64,000 bases of DNA, taken from assembly GCA_017556745.1 (NCBI GenBank), contig JAFYMF010000005.1, positions 14,238 through 78,237 on the forward strand, given 5' to 3'. This stretch comes from Clostridia bacterium. GTDB lineage: Bacteria > Bacillota > Clostridia > Oscillospirales > CAG-272. The notes under the pieces are model-generated. The model saw only the letters and a program-made list of their open reading frames with translations. It had not been told where the DNA came from and did not search any database. Made by a program: the position numbers and the translations under genes. Shown here in pieces: positions 46,852 through 54,627 of the stretch (the stretch's first letter is position 1; every line of letters begins with the position of its first letter).

Positions 46852-48159
46852 TCACTTTTTCCCCATCTTCATATCAGAGGTAGCGGGTCCGGTAATTAGG
46901 TTTCCGTTCGCTGTAAAGCGCGAGCCGTGACATGAACAGTCCCAACTATGCTCTGCTCTGTTGTATTTTAGAGCACACCCAAGATGAGGGCATCTAGGTA
47001 CAGTAGGAGTTATCACACCAAGGATCGATTCACCGATATTTTTGACAAGCTGTGGGCAAAGGACTGAACGTGATGGAGAAAACATATCCGCATAATCGGG
47101 CTTGTCGCCCATCAGCATTCCTCTGAGGATCACCGCAGATACCATGGCTGAGGTCATTCCCCATTTACCGTATCCGGTGGTAACGTAAAGGTTCCTTGTT
47201 CCGGATGAATATTTTCCAACATAAGGCACCGAGTCAAGAGTCATACAGTCCTGAGTTGCCCAGCGATATTTTACACGACTGCCGGGAAACGTTTTCTCCG
47301 CATAAGCTTCAAGCTCACGCCAGCCGCCACCGCTCTTCCCTGTTCTATGTGCTCCCCCACCAAGTAATAACAGGTCTCCACTGTTTCTCAGAGACATACC
47401 TGTATCCTCTGAGTCAACGTACATATCTCCCACATCCGGAGCATTTTCAAGAACAATAACGTAGGAACGGTGCTGATACATCTTTATAAAATATCCGCCG
47501 TGCTTGTTTATTATCGGGAAGTGAGTTGCTATCACTATTCTGTCCGCTTCTATCACTCCTCTGTTTGTTTTGACTCCATTTGTGGTAAATTTCTCCGCCT
47601 TGGTATGTTCAAGGATATTAAGATCCTTTGCAACCGAGTATAAGAACTTCAGAGGGTGAAATTCTGCCTGATCGGGTATTTTCACACCACCTACAGTTTC
47701 AAAAGGCAGTGACGGATTTGCGAGTAATTCCACCTCCGCACCTATTGATTCAAGCGTTCTGTATTCAGCTTCAAGCTTAGCTCTGTCATCAAGTGAATAT
47801 ACCACAGAATCCTTTCTTCGGAACTCGCAATCAATTTCACTGCAAAGTCGAGCGTAGCTTTCGATAGCTTCCTTTCCCAAAGTGTAATAGGCTTTCGCAT
47901 AATCTCTTCCGAATCGTTCTGTGAGCTTATGGTATATCAGTCCGTGCTGAAGAGTTATCTTTGCTGTGGTATTACCTGTTACACCGCCGCATATCTCGTC
48001 CGCTTCGATCAAAGTATAGTCTACGCCCGATCGGTCAAGCAGATACGCAGATAAAATCCCTGCAATACCGCCGCCTACAATGAGCACATCGGTCTTTATA
48101 TTTCCGTTTTGAAGGTTAAATTTCGGTTTTTCTGCCGTAGCTTTCCATAATGATCCCAT
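46852..48159 (-). CDS. FAD-dependent oxidoreductase with C-terminal Rieske [2Fe-2S] domain
   Basis: DVLIVGGGIAGILSAYLL gives the dinucleotide fold, and CPHLGCAL...WDCSCHGSRF gives the Rieske CxH...CxxH. I chose the start at MGSLWK (ATG 48159, GGAAGGA RBS). The track GTG at 48177 is the alternative. Confidence 0.8.
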   Translation of the reverse strand: MGSLWKATAEKPKFNLQNGNIKTDVLIVGGGIAGILSAYLLDRSGVDYTLIEADEICGGVTGNTTAKITLQHGLIYHKLTERFGRDYAKAYYTLGKEAIESYARLCSEIDCEFRRKDSVVYSLDDRAKLEAEYRTLESIGAEVELLANPSLPFETVGGVKIPDQAEFHPLKFLYSVAKDLNILEHTKAEKFTTNGVKTNRGVIEADRIVIATHFPIINKHGGYFIKMYQHRSYVIVLENAPDVGDMYVDSEDTGMSLRNSGDLLLLGGGAHRTGKSGGGWRELEAYAEKTFPGSRVKYRWATQDCMTLDSVPYVGKYSSGTRNLYVTTGYGKWGMTSAMVSAVILRGMLMGDKPDYADMFSPSRSVLCPQLVKNIGESILGVITPTVPRCPHLGCALKYNRAEHSWDCSCHGSRFTANGNLITGPATSDMKMGKK

Positions 48160-48230
48160 AAAAAATCCTTCCGTCACCTTTATACTACAATTAGTATTTG
48201 CATAGTGACGGAAGGAAATTCACATTATTC

Positions 48231-48449
48231 TTATTCACGATATTCTTTATCCTCAAAGAAATCGTTTACACTGCAACCGAAAAGATCTGCTAAGTCAGGC
48301 AGTATAGTTATATCGGGATAACATTCTGTTCTTTCCCACTTTGATACTGCTTGTGGGGATAAGCCGAGAAGTGCCCCAAAAGCCTCTTGTGTAAGATTGT
48401 TTTTGGCACGGTAGGCTTTTATCTTCTCGGATATTGTTATCTTCCTCAT
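48231..48449 (-). CDS. XRE-family helix-turn-helix transcriptional regulator (72 aa)
   Basis: IKAYRAKNNLTQEAFGALLGLSPQAVSKWERTECYP is an HTH_3 motif. Confidence 0.85.
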   Translation of the reverse strand: MRKITISEKIKAYRAKNNLTQEAFGALLGLSPQAVSKWERTECYPDITILPDLADLFGCSVNDFFEDKEYRE

Positions 48450-48982
48450 TTCTCATTCAACCAATATGTTTCTTTCTCGCGTGACATAATTCCTGAGGCA
48501 ATCATATCACGGCGAATGGTACAATGATCATCGTGAAAACGGTGTATGATCTCATTCACCTCTTTTTCGTCATATCTGATCCCTACCTCAAAGCTCTTTG
48601 CGATCTCACAGAGAACAATATCACGTTTTTTTCTCTGCATTGGAATCTGTACAAGTCTACCGTACTTAAAAAAGTTTGAGAGGACATCTTTTTTATATTT
48701 TTCATCTTCATCGACTACCGGTTCATCTTTTTTTACAAGCTCGTATAATGGCTTATCGAAGATATCACGGTTTAGAGAATAAATGATATAGAACTGTGCC
48801 CTGCTGCATCTGACTATTCCGGCTGATTCCATCTTTTTCAGATGATAACAAATAGTGGCAGGGGTAAGAGAAAGATCACAGGCAATCTTTTCCACATAGG
48901 AATCCTCACACATAAGGATATTAAGTATCTTGAGTCTGGTCTCATCGGCCAATAGCTTCAGAAACTCGAGCTTTTCCTTCAT
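48446..48982 (-). CDS. ArsR-type winged-helix regulator with C-terminal DUF2087-like domain
   Basis: LKLLADETRLKILNILMCEDSYVEKIACDLSLTPATICYHLKKMESAGIV is an ArsR/SmtB HTH. The C-terminal half resembles DUF2087. I chose the start at MKEKLEF, which has a GGGAGAA RBS and an ATGA overlap with the upstream stop. Confidence 0.7.
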   Translation of the reverse strand: MKEKLEFLKLLADETRLKILNILMCEDSYVEKIACDLSLTPATICYHLKKMESAGIVRCSRAQFYIIYSLNRDIFDKPLYELVKKDEPVVDEDEKYKKDVLSNFFKYGRLVQIPMQRKKRDIVLCEIAKSFEVGIRYDEKEVNEIIHRFHDDHCTIRRDMIASGIMSREKETYWLNEK

Positions 48983-49941
48983 ATTCGCTTCTCCCATGCT
49001 TCATCAAGACATTCTTTTGAAAACATAAGACCGCCAAGCTTTTCATCAAGCTCTATCTTTTCCCAGTCATCGGCAAGTGCGAGCTTTGCTTTAATGTCAA
49101 GTGCAGTCTTTTCAATATAGGAAAGAATACCGTAATACAGCTTATAATCGACCTTATCTTCTTCCGAAGCGTCGTCACATAGCTTCAGATAATCGGGATT
49201 CTCCGTCAAGTAATTATCTATATCAAGATGTGTACACCCATTCTTCATTACTCTATTACCGTGATACAACATCATAGTTATGCGTAACACCGTTGACAGC
49301 CTGTATTTGGCACATTTATATTCCGCGATACTTTTACTCTTTTCATTTGGCACCATATCAAGGTATCCACAATAACCGTCTATTCTGTTAACCTCCTCGA
49401 CTAATGGACTGTATGCCCCACTGTAAAAGCTCGACTCTTTACTGTCAAAAAGTCCCGGAAAAATACCGTTTTCTCTTCTCCATTCTTCCCACTCTCTGAA
49501 AATATTTTCAAAAGAACCAACCTTTATCCTAAGTTCAAAGAGAGCGGCTTCATCTTCCGCATTTTCCGCCTGATGAAGCTCTTTAAGATAACCCTCATAT
49601 ATTTGATTACGCATAAAGATCTCGGCCTGAAAGGTGTGATAAAATCTTTCTTTATCTTCTTCACCGAGCGCAGAAAAAAACTTTTTGATATGGGGGTAAT
49701 ATTCAAGAATCCTTGCGGTTATATTCCGTCTTGTATTCATAACAGATTCACTGCCGCCCTGTTTATAACAGTAATGAAGTGTTCCTACTCGGAGAAACAA
49801 ATTATACATTTCAGATTCTATTATCAGAGCTTTTTTCTCTTTTTTATTTTCCTTTGGTACCGCGGCAAGACGCGCCCTGCTCTCTTCTACTCGCCTGAGC
49901 ACTATTTCTGTCAGAGCGTTATATATATCGTTATTAGTCAT
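48979..49941 (-). CDS. Hypothetical protein, 320 aa, predicted all-alpha and cytoplasmic
   Basis: A long ORF with coding-like composition, translationally coupled to the two regulators downstream. I recognise no motif. Confidence 0.55.
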   Translation of the reverse strand: MTNNDIYNALTEIVLRRVEESRARLAAVPKENKKEKKALIIESEMYNLFLRVGTLHYCYKQGGSESVMNTRRNITARILEYYPHIKKFFSALGEEDKERFYHTFQAEIFMRNQIYEGYLKELHQAENAEDEAALFELRIKVGSFENIFREWEEWRRENGIFPGLFDSKESSFYSGAYSPLVEEVNRIDGYCGYLDMVPNEKSKSIAEYKCAKYRLSTVLRITMMLYHGNRVMKNGCTHLDIDNYLTENPDYLKLCDDASEEDKVDYKLYYGILSYIEKTALDIKAKLALADDWEKIELDEKLGGLMFSKECLDEAWEKRI

Positions 49942-50101
49942 CTAGTCATCTCCTTTATACCTTTGTCACGTGACCTCACAGTGATATTATAGCCATCTAA
50001 TCACTTCATGTCAATAGTGATTTGATGATTTTCTAATCATTCTACCAATGGTAGAAAAAATAAGCTATGGTGTAAATACCATAGCTTATTTTTCTATAAA
50101 A

Positions 50102-51751
50102 TTATTTAGTTGTCATCTCCCAGATGAGCCAACCGCTTGAGGTTTTAACACAAGTAACATCCCAGGAGCTTACATAATGACGCTGATTGTCCCATCTTGA
50201 GAGCATTACGTCACAGTAAATCTCGCAGGTAAAACAGTTGTCACCGTAATCTACAAAACTACGTACACCGATATCATTGTATTTAATGGTCTTAAGGGGA
50301 CTGTTCCATTTGATACTTTCTACCGATGAACTGAGCATTTTTGCGACCGGAGAACCGGATACAACGTAAGGAAGGAGTGCTCTGTAGTTTGCTGTAGTAC
50401 TTTCACTTCCGTACGCAGTATATTTCACGTATAGCTTCAAAAAGTCAAGAAGAACATTACTGTCATGTTCCTTATTGCTAAGCTCACCGAAGTAAATTTC
50501 ATCGTCTTTTCCGTTATCTTTTCTCTCGATTATTTCAAGTACCGTGTCACCCTGCTTTGCCGTATACTCAGGTGAAACATAAAGTCCGCTTATCTCATAT
50601 ACGTCACACATCGGGAAAGTGTCAAAATATTTTTCAAGTCCGTCAAAACGGGGATTTTTTTCATTTTCTGACACAAGATAACTTCTGTCAACCAACTTAT
50701 CATGAAGATAGAGCGAAACACCCGTGGGTACACTTATTTTAGATGAGAAACGCAAGACATCCGGGTACTGAAGCATAAAGATGTCACCTTCTCTCTTGCT
50801 CTCAAGAGAGAGACCGTCGATATCCCCCACTACATTAGGTTCTGTGACCATTCCATCAATACGGTAGGTTACAGAGTAAGGTATATTCGGATGTTCTAAC
50901 TCGATAGCAAGTATATCAGAATACTTACTCGAGGAAATGATCATATCCTTAGTAAGCAGATAACCGTTGACCGCAACCGATGCGTTGCCGGGAGCCATAA
51001 CAGTGTAGGAAGAAAGAGATGCATTCATAAATACGTAGTAGAAATCCTTCTTCGTCACAGCACTGAGAGAATCACCGTCTTTTACCGCAGCGACCTGAGG
51101 AATGGTATAGAGATCCGCAACCTTATAGCGGATAAGCTCGACCGAATCAAGACCGGTCTCATAGGGGTTTAAACTACTGTATTTTACATTACTGTCTTCA
51201 ATATCTTTCTCGCCAAGAATACGACCGTTTACAGTAACTGTTACGCCTGTCTCAGCAAGAACGGTAAGAGTATGCACTTCCGTATAGTAATATGACTCAT
51301 CAGCGGTTATGCTCTTTACACGCCAGCTCTTCATACCAAAACCTACACTATCACCCTCTTCAAGAGCAAGTGTAAAATACGGGATTCCGTCGGCATATAT
51401 AGAATATACAGGAGCAGCTGCGGAGTATTCCCCTACCTTCTTATTGTATGACAACTCTTTTCCCTCAATTTTAGCAGAAAAAAGATGACTCAACTTACCC
51501 TCATTAGTTTCATTACCCTTTGACGCCTCGTACAGGAGAGTGTAACCACTCTCAGAAACATACGGTTCAATAGCTCTCTCCTGAAGAGAACGCTCATATG
51601 AAGCCATAAAACACCACAGTAAAACAAGAACAAGCGATAATAATACAGTAAGAATCCCCGCGTAAATCAAAAGTCCGCGAAGGAATCCGCTGATTTTTCG
51701 AGATTTGATTTTTGTTTTTTTACCTCTTACGGTAGGTCTTACCTCATTCAT
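50102..51751 (-). CDS. Hypothetical membrane-anchored protein, 549 aa
   Basis: It has a basic N-terminus, then one TM segment (LLIYAGILTVLLSLVLVLLWCF), then a large extracytoplasmic region. Its start overlaps the upstream gene's stop by 4 nt. Confidence 0.6.
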   Translation of the reverse strand: MNEVRPTVRGKKTKIKSRKISGFLRGLLIYAGILTVLLSLVLVLLWCFMASYERSLQERAIEPYVSESGYTLLYEASKGNETNEGKLSHLFSAKIEGKELSYNKKVGEYSAAAPVYSIYADGIPYFTLALEEGDSVGFGMKSWRVKSITADESYYYTEVHTLTVLAETGVTVTVNGRILGEKDIEDSNVKYSSLNPYETGLDSVELIRYKVADLYTIPQVAAVKDGDSLSAVTKKDFYYVFMNASLSSYTVMAPGNASVAVNGYLLTKDMIISSSKYSDILAIELEHPNIPYSVTYRIDGMVTEPNVVGDIDGLSLESKREGDIFMLQYPDVLRFSSKISVPTGVSLYLHDKLVDRSYLVSENEKNPRFDGLEKYFDTFPMCDVYEISGLYVSPEYTAKQGDTVLEIIERKDNGKDDEIYFGELSNKEHDSNVLLDFLKLYVKYTAYGSESTTANYRALLPYVVSGSPVAKMLSSSVESIKWNSPLKTIKYNDIGVRSFVDYGDNCFTCEIYCDVMLSRWDNQRHYVSSWDVTCVKTSSGWLIWEMTTK

Positions 51752-52818
51752 TCTACCACCTCCGGCATAACGAGAAATGAGGTAGCAATAACTCTTTCTC
51801 CAAATATGTATGCGCTGTTAGTAAGATACTCATCATTATATATCATAATAGACGAAGATCCACCGTCAAGGTTAGAGGCGTTGACCGCACCAAACTCAAG
51901 CATGATATCTATAAGATCGTCGTATGTTGCACCAAGGCTATCCATCTGACGTCCGTTTATAACAAGAAGCAACACTGCGCCGTCTGCTCTCTGACCGATA
52001 GCGGTACGAGGATTAAGTCCACCGCCAAGTGGTTTAGATGAATTGGTCGGTTTACCGTTTATGATAAGAGAAGGGCCGAAACAAACAGCATCGGTTATTC
52101 CCGCTTTAACAGCCTGTGCTGCAGTCATTCTGCCAACATGGAGAATATTATTTGCATCAAAACCGACAAGACTATATGTTGTCCCATTATTACCGTGATC
52201 CCAAAGCACCTTACCGTCAACTATAACAATGCCATCGGGAATACCACCGGTTCCGTTACCACCTTCATCCGCAAAGCCACCGGCATTAATACCTGCAACA
52301 GCACCGTATTTTTTTATCATCTGCTTTACCGAAAGCCCCTTTGATGAAGCTCCGAAGCTATCGGGTGTACCAACAACAAGACGTGACGGATCCTTGACAA
52401 TCATCATCTTACCAAGATAAGAGCCACCTTTAATGTCAACGACCTCAATACCACCGTTTTCACCCTTATCCGCTGGATTTCCTGCAGGCCCCTCATATCC
52501 GGGAGGCAGCTCACCTTGACTACCTGAGGTATCCTCCCCATGATTATTATTAGGTATCTGTATTAAAGATGAATCTGTTTTATCAGTTATTTCTACTTCA
52601 TCATAAAAAGAAGCAAGCTCTTCATCGGAAAAATAAATATTTGCAAGGAATCCTACTGCACTGGTTTCTCGTACAGATAAAGCAAAGAGTCTGCCAGCCG
52701 CAGGAGAAGGTCCCCTTGCAATTATCCACATACCGCCAAGAAGGAATAAAAGAATCATCACTACGGTAAGCAAAACCACGCAAAGAGAACGCAGAAATAT
52801 CTTTATTGCTTTCTTCAT
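51748..52818 (-). CDS. Phosphodiester glycosidase family protein (DUF2233 / COG4632-like), membrane-anchored
   Basis: An N-terminal TM segment is followed by AGINAGGFADEGGNGTGGIPDGIVIVDGKVLW, PRTAIGQRADGAVLLLVINGR and ASNLDGGSSS. These are typical of the NAGPA-like phosphodiester glycosidase fold. Confidence 0.7.
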   Translation of the reverse strand: MKKAIKIFLRSLCVVLLTVVMILLFLLGGMWIIARGPSPAAGRLFALSVRETSAVGFLANIYFSDEELASFYDEVEITDKTDSSLIQIPNNNHGEDTSGSQGELPPGYEGPAGNPADKGENGGIEVVDIKGGSYLGKMMIVKDPSRLVVGTPDSFGASSKGLSVKQMIKKYGAVAGINAGGFADEGGNGTGGIPDGIVIVDGKVLWDHGNNGTTYSLVGFDANNILHVGRMTAAQAVKAGITDAVCFGPSLIINGKPTNSSKPLGGGLNPRTAIGQRADGAVLLLVINGRQMDSLGATYDDLIDIMLEFGAVNASNLDGGSSSIMIYNDEYLTNSAYIFGERVIATSFLVMPEVVE

Positions 52819-53014
52819 TCAAATCTCCTCTCCTTGTAGTAAAATTAATTTAATCATATAATTAATTCTATCACATAGCTAATGCTCTGTCAATACAACA
52901 CAGAACGTGACGTAAGAAAAAACATTAACCGGTAAAGTTTTTGTCACAGTGACAATATGCCTTTATTTCATAAAACTCTAACAGCCAATGTGCAACTTAC
53001 ACTCATCTCATTCA

Positions 53015-53070
53015 GGGTCACCAAAAAGAAAAACCTCACCATTTGGTGAGGTTTTTCTTTTTGGTGACCC
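53015..53070. repeat. Perfect 26-bp inverted repeat (4-nt loop) forming a bidirectional terminator and including the tRNA-Glu 3' end
   Basis: gggtcaccaaaaagaaaaacctcacc (53015-53040), attt, then ggtgaggtttttctttttggtgaccc (53045-70). The arms are exact reverse complements. The outer 9 nt of the right arm are the tRNA-Glu 3' end including CCA. Confidence 0.85.
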
Positions 53071-53136
53071 GTGGGGGAATCGAACCCCCGCCTTCGCCGT
53101 GAGAGGGCGACGTCTTAGCCGCTTGACTAACAGGCC
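53062..53136 (-). tRNA. tRNA-Glu (anticodon CTC), CCA encoded
   Basis: Minus strand reads GGCCTGT-TA-GTC-AAGCGGCTAA-GAC-G-TCGCC-CTCTCAC-GGCGA-AGGC-GGGGG-TTCGATT-CCCCC-ACGGGTC-A-CCA. It forms a full cloverleaf with anticodon loop CT-CTC-AC. Confidence 0.9.
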
Positions 53137-53155
53137 ATGTCCTTACGACTCTGTT

Positions 53156-53184
53156 ATTATACTACATATGTATCTATTTGTCAA
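53156..53184 (-). promoter_or_regulatory. Consensus sigma-A promoter of tRNA-Glu
   Basis: Minus strand reads TTGACA (53184-53179), 17 nt spacer, TATAAT (53161-53156). It lies ~20 nt upstream of the tRNA 5' end. Confidence 0.75.
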
Positions 53185-53260
53185 TAGCTTTTTACAAAAA
53201 AATATAAAAAAATATAAAAAAACATTTTTTCAAAAAACGCAAAAAAAATCAAAAAAAGTA

Positions 53261-53289
53261 TTGACAAATCGCATATCTTTTGATATAAT
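53261..53289 (+). promoter_or_regulatory. Consensus sigma-A promoter of tRNA-Thr
   Basis: TTGACA (53261-53266), 17 nt spacer, TATAAT (53284-53289), preceded by an A-rich UP-like tract. It lies 17 nt upstream of the tRNA. Confidence 0.75.
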
Positions 53290-53306
53290 AATCAACGTTG
53301 TGAGAC

Positions 53307-53382
<76 letters not shown>

Positions 53383-53385
53383 AAA

Positions 53386-53414
53386 ACTCCTTGAGATTTC
53401 TCAAGGAGTTTTTT
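53386..53414 (+). terminator. Rho-independent terminator of tRNA-Thr
   Basis: actccttgag-attt-ctcaaggagt is a 10-bp stem followed by TTTTT. Confidence 0.85.
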
Positions 53415-53584
53415 ATTGCTTCCATCCGGCTTTTTGGGGAAAATATGATACTGATTTGATTTCACTAAAAGCTCTGTGAAGTCTGCGTTACAGAAGCAGA
53501 AGACAAAAGAAAATTCAACTCTTATTATGATTAATTAATATTTGAAGTAAAGAAAATCATAGTTTTAGACCGTTCGATAAAAAA

Positions 53585-53613
53585 ATCCGTTCACAAAAGT
53601 GAACGGATTTTTC
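53585..53613. terminator. Bidirectional terminator downstream of the sugar-phosphate isomerase gene
   Basis: atccgttcac-aaaa-gtgaacggat is a 10-bp stem flanked by an A-run and a T-run. Confidence 0.8.
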
Positions 53614-53640
53614 TTTTCCTGCGCAAAAAATATATTCAAA

Positions 53641-54549
53641 TTACTCTTCAAAAAGATCGTATTCGGTAAGAATTGACTTAGCTGCAGTATAGAGCACTTT
53701 AATAGCTGCCTGTTTTACCTCTAAGGGTGTATGAGCCAAACGTCCTGAACGACCTCTGCGTCTATATGTGAAAAAGCTGTCTGCCTCAAGAGTGAAAGTT
53801 CCCTCATATCCGGATTCAATAAGTCCTCTCATAAGAGAGTCATAATCAACAGTTCCGAAGAAAGGGCAGTCATGCCAGTCTGATGAGCTGTCATTGTCAT
53901 GCACGTGTATCGCTTTCAGGTTTTTACCGAGCTCCATTATCTGTGTATAATGGTCGAGTAATTCAATATGCGCATGTCCTACGTCCCAAGCGGCACCGAA
54001 AAGCGGATGATTCATGTATTCGATCATAGCATTCAGTTCTTTTGCAAGCATGGGGTAATAACGCACCTGTTTTGTCCCGTTTTCAAACAAAACGTTAACG
54101 TTATTCTTTTCCATAGCAGGAATAAGTGCCCTAAAGAAAGTTTCATTCGCTTTAAAAAATGCTAACTGATCGTCGGGATATTTTATATCGGGAAAGGTTC
54201 CCGGGTGCATTACCATATTTTTTATTCCGAGCATTCCACAAGCCTCAATAGCACGGATCGTCGCAATCAGGCCTATCTCACCCTCTTCGCCGCAAATCTC
54301 ACATGCAGGTCCGTGAGCCTGAACAAAACGGAATCCCAGATCATCAGCCACAGCCTTGCTCTCAAGAATTACGTCTTTCCAACCATCTGACAACATCGGA
54401 CTGTCCGGATAGGCAGCTCCATAAAAGCTGAAGTCCAGATAACGGAACCCGCTATCTTTATAAAAACTGATAGCTTCTGCCGATGAGGAAGCAAAGTTTG
54501 CGGAAGAAGAAAAATTATACATTTCAGCAATAGTAGTAGCAATTTTCAT
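53641..54549 (-). CDS. Sugar phosphate isomerase/epimerase (xylose-isomerase-like TIM barrel, AP_endonuc_2 family)
   Basis: FVQAHGP, VMHPG, LFENG, DVGHAHI, HVHDN and FTLEA give the metal-ligand pattern of this fold. I chose the start at MKIATT (ATG 54549). Confidence 0.7.
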   Translation of the reverse strand: MKIATTIAEMYNFSSSANFASSSAEAISFYKDSGFRYLDFSFYGAAYPDSPMLSDGWKDVILESKAVADDLGFRFVQAHGPACEICGEEGEIGLIATIRAIEACGMLGIKNMVMHPGTFPDIKYPDDQLAFFKANETFFRALIPAMEKNNVNVLFENGTKQVRYYPMLAKELNAMIEYMNHPLFGAAWDVGHAHIELLDHYTQIMELGKNLKAIHVHDNDSSSDWHDCPFFGTVDYDSLMRGLIESGYEGTFTLEADSFFTYRRRGRSGRLAHTPLEVKQAAIKVLYTAAKSILTEYDLFEE

Positions 54550-54627
54550 ACAAATCACCATCCTTCAAAATTGTTATATTACATCATGATAACATATAAC
54601 TAATTTTTTCAAAACAAAAATTATAAA

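Noticed and set aside
44147-46855. A 902-aa minus-strand ORF spanning the whole gnd gene, the intergenic gap and the kinase gene.
   Set aside because: It is antisense to two genes with unmistakable family signatures (6PGDH, PfkB). Its translation is low-complexity (rich in L, G, T, V, C), it has no RBS or start context, and it reads straight through an intergenic region. I judge it a shadow ORF caused by strong codon bias, where the sense strand avoids codons whose complements are stops.
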